A stretch of DNA of 64,000 bases from a virus (Duplodnaviria > Caudoviricetes), in the IMG/VR virus record IMGVR_UViG_2756170314_000001, positions 1 to 64,000 of that record, one strand, 5' to 3'. The notes below the pieces were generated by a model. It was not told where the DNA came from and did no database searches. It worked only from the letters and a program-made list of their open reading frames with translations. The position numbers and the translations under genes were made by a program. Position 1 is the first letter of the stretch, and every line of letters begins with the position of its first letter. Positions 11,310 to 20,710 of the stretch are shown in pieces.

Positions 11310-11597
11310 TTAATTTTTAAATCTGTTTAAAATCATATCGTGTTTTCCAACCTGTTTAGAAAGGTAATCAATGTCTTTTGTAATATCACTGGTTTGTTTA
11401 TCAATTTTCTTAAGAAGAACGATTACATCTTCGTTAGTATTGCTTTCTTTCTCTGTCATCATTTCTAAACGCTGCTCGATATTATCAAGGCGTTTTTCTA
11501 CAGAATCAAATCTCTTATCAAGTTGTTCAAAGCCCTTGTCGAATTTCTCAGATAGAGATTTCATTAACTTTAAAAGTTCATCTGTCATGTCGATCAC
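11310..11597 (-). CDS. Small coiled-coil protein
   Basis: Heptad repeats (LDKRFDSVEKRLDNIEQRL); RBS AGGAG. Confidence 0.65.
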   Translation of the reverse strand: MIDMTDELLKLMKSLSEKFDKGFEQLDKRFDSVEKRLDNIEQRLEMMTEKESNTNEDVIVLLKKIDKQTSDITKDIDYLSKQVGKHDMILNRFKN

Positions 11598-11688
11598 TCC
11601 TATAAAGCATTATACAATAATTTGTAAGGTATCTCATAAATATTTTACCGAGAATAAATATTGAATATTGCGAAAATTCGAGAGCCAC

Positions 11689-12018
11689 TTAATGTGACTC
11701 TCCTATTATGTAATTCACCACGCTATCAGTAATCCATTTCAATTGTTCCCCTTCAATTTTTCCAACTTTGAAGATCAATCGATTGGCATTGATTGTATAA
11801 AGTTTATTGGTTCTTACAATTGAAGGTTTGATTAGCTCGATCTCTTTCCAATTTTCTAGTACCAAATCAAATTTGGTTCGTGGTGGTTGGCTTGATAATT
11901 TTGCAATCGTAACATCAAATTCATTTGGACCAGAATAACCAACTATTATTCCAGGTCTTCGTTTACCACTGTCAGGATCATGATACATCCAAATATCACC
12001 CTTAGAGTGATTACTCAT
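11689..12018 (-). CDS. PemK/MazF-family endoribonuclease toxin
   Basis: KGDIW...KRRPGIIV...LSSQ...KPSIVRTNKLYT...KVGKI pattern. Confidence 0.8.
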   Translation of the reverse strand: MSNHSKGDIWMYHDPDSGKRRPGIIVGYSGPNEFDVTIAKLSSQPPRTKFDLVLENWKEIELIKPSIVRTNKLYTINANRLIFKVGKIEGEQLKWITDSVVNYIIGESH

Positions 12019-12155
12019 TAATATTCATCTCCTTCATCCAGGATCTGAATACCTTTATTAAAATAAAGATCATACATCAAATCGAGTAATTTCCATCTTT
12101 CAGCCGGTTCCATATTTTTAATTTTTTCAAGGAATTCATATGCTGTCTCTTCCAT
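12018..12155 (-). CDS. 45-aa putative antitoxin (not in ORF track): MEETAYEFLEKIKNMEPAERWKLLDLMYDLYFNKGIQILDEGDEY
   Basis: AAGGAG RBS; its stop overlaps the toxin ATG (TAATG); acidic tail. Confidence 0.65.
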   Translation of the reverse strand: MEETAYEFLEKIKNMEPAERWKLLDLMYDLYFNKGIQILDEGDEY

Positions 12156-12279
12156 CGTTTTTCTCCTTTCATCTATCTCTTACATTATTAATTATACCAT
12201 TTATTGGAAGTTTCGTACACTCTTTTTTGTAAGTTCTTGTCGAATTTTGTCAGTATAAGTCAATAAAAAATGGCAAAGC

Positions 12280-12429
12280 TTATTTGGCTTCACCATTTAC
12301 GGATTCATATCTCTTAGCTCCCCCGCCAAGAAAGTATTCATCATAAACTTTGTCCAAGACTTTTTTCTTTTCTTCTTCAGGTAACTCCTCAATAAGCTTC
12401 AACATTTCATCTGCTGTATATTGTTTCAT
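12280..12429 (-). CDS. 49-aa protein paralogous to the putative antitoxin
   Basis: AGGTG RBS before ATG 12429; LKLIEELPEEEKKKVLDKVYDEYF resembles LEKIKNMEPAERWKLLDLMYDLYF. Confidence 0.55.
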   Translation of the reverse strand: MKQYTADEMLKLIEELPEEEKKKVLDKVYDEYFLGGGAKRYESVNGEAK

Positions 12430-12544
12430 GATAATCACCTTCAAATTAGACTGATTATCTTTATTATAACAAATGGTTGAACTTTGATTAATTAATTTTA
12501 AATTCCCAAAGACCAGGTTACTCTCTTTCTCATTTGTCTCTTGT

Positions 12545-13003
12545 TTAGTTAGCATACTTGAACAAGTAACCCCCTTCACGATACTTATAACCTGCAGCAG
12601 TTTCTTCTCCAGTCTTAAGAGATCGCTTTACCCATCCAACGTTTGTAATTTTATTTTCAGTTACCCAATTAAAGGTTTCCATAAGACCATCAATAGTTTG
12701 AATTAATTGGCCATCTTTATAAACTTCAATTTTTCTCTTCTTAGCCCCACGTTTTTTTTGAGAAGTTTTTTCTTCTTCTGGCATGGTATTTCTTTCTGCT
12801 TCAATCACCTTCTTGATTTGATCGTTATTAAGCATTGCTGCAGTTTCTATTCCAAGATCTTTAGCTTCAGAAATCAATTGGGTTCTTTCAATCGCATAAA
12901 TCAGTTGGGACCGGTTCATATCCCAACGACCAGTAATGTTCATTTCCTTTGCAATATTACGTAGTTCCTTAACAGATTTAACGGATAATTCAGTAGTTGC
13001 CAT
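12545..13003 (-). CDS. Rho-N-like nucleic-acid-binding protein
   Basis: SVKELRNIAKEMNITG...MNRSQLIYAI Rho-N pattern; AATCGGAGG RBS. Confidence 0.6.
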   Translation of the reverse strand: MATTELSVKSVKELRNIAKEMNITGRWDMNRSQLIYAIERTQLISEAKDLGIETAAMLNNDQIKKVIEAERNTMPEEEKTSQKKRGAKKRKIEVYKDGQLIQTIDGLMETFNWVTENKITNVGWVKRSLKTGEETAAGYKYREGGYLFKYAN

Positions 13004-13084
13004 TTAAGTTACCTCCGATTTTATGTAAAAATTAATTTGATTTATCTCTCTTATATAAATTATTATACCATTTTATGGAAGATT

Positions 13085-13098
13085 CGTACATATGTTCG
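13085..13098. promoter_or_regulatory. LexA (Cheo)-like box overlapping the -35 of a SigA-type promoter; identical copy at 45042-45055
   Basis: - strand CGAACATATGTACG versus B. subtilis consensus CGAAC-N4-GTTCG. Confidence 0.6.
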
Positions 13099-13500
13099 CG
13101 AAATTTACTTCTATTTTCATGGTCTTAAATTGGATAATTATAAGAAGGTCCGGATAAAAAATCATATTCCGTCGCCAAAAAAAGATGCTTTACAGCATCC
13201 TTTCTATATTTATTCAAATAAACATGTTTATAACAATGCAGAACATCCAAGTGAATACACAGAACATAACAAAAATGATCATCCACATAACATCTGATTT
13301 TGTAGAGAGCTCGAAATAATCACAAACGGATTCAAAAGCTGATTGAATAAGAAATAGAAACGGAAAAGTTAAGGTTCCGATTTTTCTTCCAAACTGTTAC
13401 ACTCTTTTTCTTGGAAATTTGTAAAATAAAGTCCATTATGGTATATTCTCCTTATCGACAAATCCTTATTAGAAGGTCAGGTGTGGGAACACCTGGCTTT

Positions 13501-13794
13501 TTATTTATTTATTTTAACGACTTTTAACTGGCCATACTTATCTTTGTAATAGAAGTAAGTGTAGGTTCTTCCTTCCTTCAGGTGTTTTCTGTACCATCCA
13601 TTGTTTGACATTAAGACTTTATACTTCTTTCCAACTTTAATCTCAAAGAAAGTAGGATCGGCATATCCGTTAAACTTACCTTTAACATGGTAGACCTTTC
13701 TTTTCTTCGTAGCATCAGCTTTTTCTGGATGAACCCCAGCGACAGTTGTAAAAACAAGTCCAGCAGCGAGTACTCCAGCAATTAATTTTTTCAT
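13501..13794 (-). CDS. Small basic secreted protein
   Basis: Signal peptide MKKLIAGVLAAGLVF...ADA; RBS AAGGAG. Confidence 0.65.
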   Translation of the reverse strand: MKKLIAGVLAAGLVFTTVAGVHPEKADATKKRKVYHVKGKFNGYADPTFFEIKVGKKYKVLMSNNGWYRKHLKEGRTYTYFYYKDKYGQLKVVKINK

Positions 13795-13846
13795 TTCTCA
13801 TTTCTCCTTTTGTTATAAAATCAACATTTTATGTCTCTAAAAGCAT

Positions 13847-14743
13847 TTAAATGGCTTCTGTGAGCTTCAAATCATTTTCAATATATTTCCCTTCAATAAA
13901 GTTTAAAATGAAATCTGAGGCTTTCTGGGCGTGTTGTGAAGCCGATATTATCAATCCCCTATCTTCTTTTATCCGGCATAACCAGTTATGTAAATAAGAA
14001 ACGGAATTTTTTTGTTGATTTTGATCTTCAATTCCTAACATTGAGAGAATCATATTTGCTCCGATCTCAGCGACTAATTCTTCTTTGGAATAACTTTCAC
14101 TTCCGAAAATAGTTTGGCCTGGGGCGTCCTCAAATCTCTTGAGTCGAGTAATATGTCCAGTGCTGTGAATCATTTCATGAAATACTGTTGAGTAATATTC
14201 AGTAACATTCTCATACTGGTTAATAGATGGCACAGTTATTGAATCAAGAGTTGGGTTATAATAAGCTCTATCTGAGCCTACTTTTATATTAATTTGGCAC
14301 TCTCTTTTGTAAGCGCTTACAACTCTTTCAGCAGATTCAATCGGATCGTTTATAAAATCAGCAGTGTCATCTGCTATCCCATCGACATCTGAAGCATGGA
14401 AGACGTTATAATACCTGAAGATAAAGTTCGGACGATCTTTATCACTTTCTTCGTCCTCTCCTCTTTCAACAGGCTTCCAAAAATATATTTTATAAGACTT
14501 GCTGCCTTTTTTCAGTTTGACTTCAGGATTTTTCCTTTGAAGTTCTTGGATCTGTTTAAAGGTTAAATAGCTGCCTCCTTCCAAGAGTAAAAGGTTTATT
14601 CCCTGATAAGGAATTTTCGTGATATAGTTTTTAGGCATTCCTCCTTTCCAGGGTTTTCTCCAAGGTGCTGGACCTCCATTCTCAATGGCTTCCTCCAAAG
14701 CCCGGATGATACGATCTTGAACATACTCATAAACCTTCGACAC
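13847..14743 (-). CDS. ardC: ArdC-like antirestriction/ssDNA-binding protein (DUF1738 plus zincin-like domain)
   Basis: PWRKPW, YQGINLLLL, HEMIHSTGH and YSKEELVAE motifs. Confidence 0.85.
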   Translation of the reverse strand: MSKVYEYVQDRIIRALEEAIENGGPAPWRKPWKGGMPKNYITKIPYQGINLLLLEGGSYLTFKQIQELQRKNPEVKLKKGSKSYKIYFWKPVERGEDEESDKDRPNFIFRYYNVFHASDVDGIADDTADFINDPIESAERVVSAYKRECQINIKVGSDRAYYNPTLDSITVPSINQYENVTEYYSTVFHEMIHSTGHITRLKRFEDAPGQTIFGSESYSKEELVAEIGANMILSMLGIEDQNQQKNSVSYLHNWLCRIKEDRGLIISASQHAQKASDFILNFIEGKYIENDLKLTEAI

Positions 14744-14868
14744 AATATGACCTCCAATAAAGTAGTTGAATTATTTATCTCTTACATAATTAATTATAAT
14801 CCAACATATGGAAATCGTACATATTTTTTGTAGAGATTTGTCGAATTTCGGCAAGAAAAAAGGGCAGC

Positions 14869-16863
14869 CTAAGCTACCTCAATTTTCTTAAGTTTCCTTG
14901 ATGGAGAAGCATAAACACCAGTAGCGTTTCGGCCATTCGTTAAGTTGAAGTTTTTTGTATCAACGGTTAACTTTGATTTATCTGTCAGGAGATTTAGGCT
15001 AACATCATCCTCTAAAGTAATCATGTCTAACAGGTCTTGCTTTAAGCAGTATGAGTTTTTAAGGATCGTCCGGTTACCCTGGAATGCTTCTAGATTGATT
15101 TTTGCGATCCGGTTATTCGAATATGCTGCAATAATAAACTTATGAGTGCTATCTAAAATAGAATACGAAACAATAGTTATATTTTTATCCCGAATCATAT
15201 TCGGCAGATACGTCCCAAGAGCATTGGCTCGTGTCTCGTCAATATCCTTAAGTTCGACTTTATGACAAACTCGGTCGGATCCAAAGATAAGGATCTCGGC
15301 TTTATTTTCTGTTTCAAAAACTTTTAAAACTTCATCCCCAGGTTTTAGATTAGGTTCCTGATTCCCTTTAAACTTGTAGCAATAACCTTCCTTAGTGAGA
15401 TAGATTGTTACTGCATAGTTCGGTACTTCTTCTACAAGACGAACTGGTTTAACTTCTGTAAGTTCAACGATTTTTGTTCGTCTCTCCTTGCCGTACTTCT
15501 CCTTAGTTTCATTTAAACCCTTAATAATGATTTGATTTATTTTATCCTGACTTTCAACAATTAGTTTATAGTTCTCGATTGTTTCCTCGAATTTATCAAT
15601 GTCCTCAATTTTCTTAATGATGTACTCTCTATTAATGTTCCTCAACTTCATGTTGGCCACTTCTTTAGCTTGTTCGAAGTCTATTCCAAAATGCTTTTGA
15701 AGATTTGGTTCAATCTGATCTTGGCTTGATCTTCTAATGATTTCAATGGCTTCATCAATATCCAACAATACCTTCTCAAGACCTTGGAGTAAGTGTAGTT
15801 TACGAGTCATTGTTTCAATATCGTGAGACAATCCACGCTTAATACAAGTTGTTCTCCATTCAAGCCATTTATCAATTGTTTGCCAAACTCCTAAGACTTT
15901 GGGAAGATCATCAACAAGCATATTCATGTTCGCTGAATATGTTGATTGCAACGGAGTAAATTTATAAAGCTTTTCAAGCAGCACATTCATATCTGTATTT
16001 CGACGGGCAGTTATAGTGATTAGCATTCCCTTCAAGCCTGTCAGATCTTTAACATCAGTTACTTCTTTTAGCTTGCCAGCTTTATTTAATTCAACGATTT
16101 TTTCAATAATTGCTTCTCGTGTTGTAGAGTATGGAATTTCAGTAATGTGTATCTCATTCTTTACAATTTCGGCTTTTCCACGAATCTTAACTGTTCCCCG
16201 ACCTTCCTCGTTCAATTGGCGGAATACATTATCTTCTTTAACAATTAATCCCCCAGTTGCAAAGTCTGGAACTAGAACCGTTTTTTCTTCCGTCTCAATA
16301 TACTTAACAATGGCTTCAGTTAATTCTTTTAAATTGAATGATGGAATAGACGAACTAAAACCAACACCAATCCCTGAATTTGAGTATGCAAGTATTGAAG
16401 GGAATTTAACAGGAAGTACTTCAGGCATCTTCATTGTCCCATCATAGTTATCTATAAAATCAACAACATTCTTATCGAAGTTCTGCATCATATCAATTGA
16501 AATTTCAGAGAGCTTAACTTCAGAGTATCGATCAGCTGCCGGCATTAAATCTCTTGAAGTGTATTGTCCAAAGTTTCCTTTTCCTTCGAGCATGGGAATG
16601 ATATGTCGATCTTTCTGAACCATACCAACCATACTTCCATAAGAACTGCCATGAGGATGTAACTTCATAACCTGTCCAGCAACATTTGCTGATTTCGTGA
16701 ATTTAAAGGCTTTTTGTAAGTACATAGAATAAAGTATTCTTCGATGAACAGGTTTAAGTCCATCTCGAAGATCAGGTAGAGCTCGATCGAGTAAGATATA
16801 GGCAGAATACTCCATCATATTGTTTTCAATGATTTGTTCTATGTTTTTGTTTGTAGTAGTCAA
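14869..16863 (-). CDS. Type IIA topoisomerase subunit A (GyrA/ParC-like)
   Basis: RALPDLRDGLKPVHRRILY, HPHG, AADRY catalytic Tyr, PDFATGG; TTG start with GGAGG. Confidence 0.93.
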   Translation of the reverse strand: MTTTNKNIEQIIENNMMEYSAYILLDRALPDLRDGLKPVHRRILYSMYLQKAFKFTKSANVAGQVMKLHPHGSSYGSMVGMVQKDRHIIPMLEGKGNFGQYTSRDLMPAADRYSEVKLSEISIDMMQNFDKNVVDFIDNYDGTMKMPEVLPVKFPSILAYSNSGIGVGFSSSIPSFNLKELTEAIVKYIETEEKTVLVPDFATGGLIVKEDNVFRQLNEEGRGTVKIRGKAEIVKNEIHITEIPYSTTREAIIEKIVELNKAGKLKEVTDVKDLTGLKGMLITITARRNTDMNVLLEKLYKFTPLQSTYSANMNMLVDDLPKVLGVWQTIDKWLEWRTTCIKRGLSHDIETMTRKLHLLQGLEKVLLDIDEAIEIIRRSSQDQIEPNLQKHFGIDFEQAKEVANMKLRNINREYIIKKIEDIDKFEETIENYKLIVESQDKINQIIIKGLNETKEKYGKERRTKIVELTEVKPVRLVEEVPNYAVTIYLTKEGYCYKFKGNQEPNLKPGDEVLKVFETENKAEILIFGSDRVCHKVELKDIDETRANALGTYLPNMIRDKNITIVSYSILDSTHKFIIAAYSNNRIAKINLEAFQGNRTILKNSYCLKQDLLDMITLEDDVSLNLLTDKSKLTVDTKNFNLTNGRNATGVYASPSRKLKKIEVA

Positions 16864-16983
16864 GTTAAAGTTACCTCCTAGTTATTGAAAATTCTCATTA
16901 CGTAATCTTTATATCTAGTCTTTCTAAAACGTAAATGAGAATAAAAAAGATTGGCAATTTAATTGCCAACCTTAGAAAAGCTA

Positions 16984-18900
16984 TTAAATTGCTTCTTCAA
17001 CATACTTATAAAGATTTTCTGAAATATATTCTCTTCTGTTATCAACGCTGCTACCCATCCAAGTTTCTAAGGACTCAATCATATTTTCAGCGTCTTCAAC
17101 TGTTACTTTTATAAGGTTCCGGGTCTCTTCATTCATCGCTGTTTCAGCCATAGTAACTGCATCAAGTTCCCCAAGACCCTTACAACGAGCAATTGTGTAT
17201 TTACCCTTTAAAGTGTTGATCTTTTGGTCCTTTTCACTTTCTGAATAGAAGTAGATCATTGAATCATCTTCCATTTTGATTTCATAAAGTGGTGTTTGAG
17301 CTATATAAACATAACCTTCTTCAATTAGCTTCGGCATTAGTCGATAGATCATTGTAATGATTAAACATGCTATTTGAGCTCCATCAGAATCTTGGTCAGT
17401 AGCAATAATAATCTTTCCATAACGAAGGTTATTAATATTAAACGTATCAAGGTCCTTGTTCTTTTTGTCAGTTTGAATACCACAACCGAGAACCTTAATT
17501 AGATCAGTGATAATTTGGTTTTTAAAGATAGTCGTATAATCTGCTTTAAGGCAGTTCAGAATTTTTCCGCGAAGTGGATAAGCTGCCTGATAAACTGCAT
17601 CTCGAGCTAAAACAATTGAACCTAACGCAGACTGGCCTTCAGCAATAAAGATTTCAGAGTCTTTGCCATGCTTCTTACAGTCGACCAAGTTCGCCACTTT
17701 ATTTCCAATACCATCGACCTTTTCACTCAGTTTCTTTTTGAGCTGCTGTTTAGCCTTTTGAGACTGAGTATTATGTTTTTGAACTTCAAGTAAGTGATTA
17801 ACGAACTTTTTGAAGCCTTTTTCATTTTCTATTTGGAAAACTTCGAGAAGTTGGGTAGTATGCCTTTGGGCTAATTTTCGATAAAGCTTCTTATCAGTTG
17901 AAAGTTTTGTTTGGTTTTTAAATTCAACTTTATTTGATAAAGCCACCAAGACAAAACTAACGCTCGATTCAATATCTTCTGTTGTAAAAGAATTAATTCC
18001 TTTAGGGAATAATTTATTTTCTCTAGCATATTTATTACAAAAGGTTTTTATCCCAGTTATAACGCCGTCATTAAAGGAACCCCCATCAGAAAGGTAGGTT
18101 AAGTTCAAATAAGACTCCTGGATTGGATCGGTTGTTGTTGAAAAAGTAAGTTTTATTTGAGTTCGTTCCCCACCTTCTTCGTATAAAGATTCTGGTGCTG
18201 TAATCACTGGAGAAGTTGTTGTGCTGCCAATCAGTTCCTCAAAATACTCTTCAACGCTATCATAATGGAAAGTCTCTTCTTCACCGTTATGAATGAAGAT
18301 TAATTTAATCTTATGTGAACCAATAGCAAACCTTCTTACAATTTCTCGGACGACATCTTTGTCATAAGTAACCATAGGATAAACTTCAGGATCCAATTTA
18401 AAAGTTATAACTGTGCCGTGACGGTCTTCACTTATTTTTTCTTTTGTTAAGTCCTGGACGAGTTCCCCACCATTTTCAAATTTTAAGGTGTGTTTATATC
18501 CATCGTAATAAGATTCGATATGAAAAAACAACGAAGTAAAGTTGAGAACTGTCGCCCCTACACCATTAGTACCAGTAGTAGTCTGTTCGCTCGTTTCATA
18601 TTTTGTAGAGGCAAACAGGGTTCTAAACAATAATTCATAGTTTTTAACACCATCGGTTTCCCCATCAATGGGTATCCCTCGACCGGTATCTGTAACCCGA
18701 ACAGTTTGAAGGTCATCAAACAATTCAAGGGTAACTATTCCTTCATCAAAATTATTTATAACTTCATCAGTTCCATTAGCAAGGATTTCTTTCAAACCAT
18801 GATAATAGTTATCTGCTGATCCATACCAAATTGCAATTTTTTCTCTGGACTTCTCTCTATCGTCCAATCTTTTAATCTTGTCTTGATTAGTAGTAGTCAA
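16984..18900 (-). CDS. Type IIA topoisomerase subunit B (GyrB/ParE-like)
   Basis: GHKL motifs (EILANGTDE, DTGRGIP), EGQSA, PLRGKILN, TDQDSDG, KGLGE. Likely TTG start at 18900 after AGGAGG. Confidence 0.93.
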   Translation of the reverse strand: MTTTNQDKIKRLDDREKSREKIAIWYGSADNYYHGLKEILANGTDEVINNFDEGIVTLELFDDLQTVRVTDTGRGIPIDGETDGVKNYELLFRTLFASTKYETSEQTTTGTNGVGATVLNFTSLFFHIESYYDGYKHTLKFENGGELVQDLTKEKISEDRHGTVITFKLDPEVYPMVTYDKDVVREIVRRFAIGSHKIKLIFIHNGEEETFHYDSVEEYFEELIGSTTTSPVITAPESLYEEGGERTQIKLTFSTTTDPIQESYLNLTYLSDGGSFNDGVITGIKTFCNKYARENKLFPKGINSFTTEDIESSVSFVLVALSNKVEFKNQTKLSTDKKLYRKLAQRHTTQLLEVFQIENEKGFKKFVNHLLEVQKHNTQSQKAKQQLKKKLSEKVDGIGNKVANLVDCKKHGKDSEIFIAEGQSALGSIVLARDAVYQAAYPLRGKILNCLKADYTTIFKNQIITDLIKVLGCGIQTDKKNKDLDTFNINNLRYGKIIIATDQDSDGAQIACLIITMIYRLMPKLIEEGYVYIAQTPLYEIKMEDDSMIYFYSESEKDQKINTLKGKYTIARCKGLGELDAVTMAETAMNEETRNLIKVTVEDAENMIESLETWMGSSVDNRREYISENLYKYVEEAI

Positions 18901-19013
18901 GTTAAGCTTCCTCCTAAAATCTTTTCCCATATATTGGGATTAGGTTCTATAAACATTATATCCTTCGTTTATGAGTTCGTAAAACGATTTTAGGAGTATT
19001 TTTAGGTTAATTT

Positions 19014-19877
19014 TTAATTATCTAACCAATTATAAAACGGCACTTGCCCATTTATTTTCTTCCCTTTGAAATCAATATTTCCATACTTTAGATTTCTTTT
19101 ATGAAGAGCATTATCAAGACAAGTTCTTAAATAGGCTCCAAAATTTTTCACATCTGGGGTCTTCTCTACTTCGTCTAAAACCATAATGCAAACTTCTTTA
19201 GGCAAACCTTTTTTCATATATTCAGAGATTAAATTATGTATAGTTTCTTCTCTTGTTAACAATTTGTTAACAAGATTATTCTCATTATTATTAAAGTTAT
19301 TTTTAATAGAGTTATTATTATTAGTGGTTCTTTTTGAACTATCCGGATGGTTCAATTTGACCTCTCTTGATGGTTCAATTTGAACTTTCCCGGAAAGTTC
19401 ATTTTGACCTATCCGTTCATTACTGGAAAGTTCATTTTGACCCATCCAGTTTTTATCTATGTTTTTGGCTGTTTCCTCTGCTTTAATTAAAAGGTCATCA
19501 ACTTCATTGTTTAACCGATAAATATCTTCTTCGGTATACTCCAGCATTAGAGGATAGAGGATGTTCGACTTGTTCATCCCTTCCCTTTTTTCTTCTAACA
19601 GTTCGTATTTTGCTAATTCTTTCTTTGCTCTTTTGAAAGTTGAATCTGAGAATCCTAGAAGCTCTGAACCTTTTTCGATGCTTAAACGAACGTAATACCT
19701 TCCGAGTTCGTCTTTCCAATTGTTCATCATACTGAGCTTGATTCGGTCGATTAAAATTATGTAGAGTTTCATGGCATTCGGATTCATAGTTTTGTACTTG
19801 TCTCCGATCAGAAGAACTTTTGGAACCTGGTAAAATACCAGAGAGTCGAGGTTATTAGCTGTGAAATATTTACTCAT
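19014..19877 (-). CDS. repN: RepA_N-family plasmid replication initiator RepN
   Basis: FYQVPKVL...AMKLY..LIDRIKLS..NNWKDE RepA_N motif; 287 aa; internal iterons as in pLS32. Confidence 0.92.
   Translation of the reverse strand: MSKYFTANNLDSLVFYQVPKVLLIGDKYKTMNPNAMKLYIILIDRIKLSMMNNWKDELGRYYVRLSIEKGSELLGFSDSTFKRAKKELAKYELLEEKREGMNKSNILYPLMLEYTEEDIYRLNNEVDDLLIKAEETAKNIDKNWMGQNELSSNERIGQNELSGKVQIEPSREVKLNHPDSSKRTTNNNNSIKNNFNNNENNLVNKLLTREETIHNLISEYMKKGLPKEVCIMVLDEVEKTPDVKNFGAYLRTCLDNALHKRNLKYGNIDFKGKKINGQVPFYNWLDN
19325..19445. repeat. Five intragenic iterons (plasmid origin) next to an AT-rich stretch
   Basis: GTTC(A/T)(A/T)TTTGA(A/C)C-type repeats at ~19325, 19348, 19371, 19395 and 19428. Confidence 0.85.
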
Positions 19878-19930
19878 TTTTGTTGCTCCTTTTTGTTGAA
19901 GTCCGAAGCAACACCTGATATAATTGAATT

Positions 19931-20042
19931 AAAAATAGCCAAAAGCAATGAAAAGGCATATATGTAGCCCTGTTAAACTTTGGTCGGTTTGCTCAGGTGC
20001 TGCCAAGCGAAAAATAGTCTAGCGCCAACTAGGCTATTTTTT
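19931..20042 (+). ncRNA. Putative antisense copy-control RNA to the repN leader
   Basis: TTGAAG(19896)-17 bp-TATAAT(19919) with upstream TG; terminator AAAATAGTCTAG-CGCCAA-CTAGGCTATTTT-TT at 20011-20042. Confidence 0.65.
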
Positions 20043-20045
20043 ATT

Positions 20046-20074
20046 ATTATAATACTTTGTTGAACTTTCGTAAA
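20046..20074 (-). promoter_or_regulatory. repN promoter
   Basis: TTTACG-17 bp-TATAAT on the - strand, about 165 nt upstream of repN. Confidence 0.65.
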
Positions 20075-20121
20075 TGAGTATAAAAAAATCCTCCTTTATC
20101 GTCGAAAGAAGGAAGAAATGG

Positions 20122-20151
20122 TTGACATATTGGGTATGTATTAGGTAAAAT
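20122..20151 (+). promoter_or_regulatory. Near-consensus SigA promoter of the putative multi-target sRNA
   Basis: TTGACA (20122-27), 18 bp, TAAAAT (20146-51); no ORF downstream. Confidence 0.75.
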
Positions 20152-20158
20152 GTGAATC

Positions 20159-20225
20159 AGTAGTTGAGTTAAAGTTATTTATCTCATAGTCCTACTCTTT
20201 TTCTCCGATTAGAGTGGGATTTTTT
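20159..20225 (+). ncRNA. Putative ~67-nt trans-acting antisense sRNA complementary to more than 20 phage translation-initiation regions
   Basis: Promoter upstream; 11-bp stem (20188-98/20211-21) with G-U pairs and a U tail valid only on the + strand; seeds AGUAGUUGAGUUAAAG, UUAUUUAUCUC and loop UUUUCUCCGAUU. Confidence 0.75.
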
Positions 20226-20235
20226 GTGTTCAATT

Positions 20236-20601
20236 TTAGGATTCATAATCATCATCATCGAAAAATGCTTCTAAATAATCAGTCTTACCACAATTGGTAC
20301 AAACTTTATCACTATTAGAGGTTTGATTGCAAAGCTCACAGTAGGCTTTTCCTTTTCTAACATCATCAATAACTTCTTCTACATATTCTTCCGGAATTCT
20401 AATTCCTTCTCTAGAGACCCCTTTAATCGGTTTAGTATTGAATTCATACTTGAATAAGGTTTCTGTATCAACTTCTAGAGTTTTCCCTGAAATTTTCTGA
20501 AGTCTATCTTCCCAAACAGGATCTCCAATGTATACTCCTGACAGATCAGTGTTTTCATTTCTATAAATGTCAGCAGCATTTCTTCTTATTTTGATTTTCA
20601 T
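20236..20601 (-). CDS. Hypothetical protein with C-terminal Zn ribbon
   Basis: ATG 20601 after GGGGG RBS; CELC...CTNC. Confidence 0.65.
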   Translation of the reverse strand: MKIKIRRNAADIYRNENTDLSGVYIGDPVWEDRLQKISGKTLEVDTETLFKYEFNTKPIKGVSREGIRIPEEYVEEVIDDVRKGKAYCELCNQTSNSDKVCTNCGKTDYLEAFFDDDDYES

Positions 20602-20710
20602 TTTATCCCCCACAGAGTAAAGCTTATTAATCTCTCTATATTTATTATAACATTTTATGTAAGAAAATAAATAAAAAGTGAGCGAAAAAGCCCACTTTTT
20701 CAATAAAAAA

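Noticed and set aside
20159-20225. Alternative reading of the sRNA locus as a leftover - strand gene leader or as the terminator of the 20236-20601 gene
   Set aside because: On the - strand the stem would have C-A mismatches and no U tract. The + strand has a promoter, G-U-compatible stem and U tail. Not fully excluded without RNA data.
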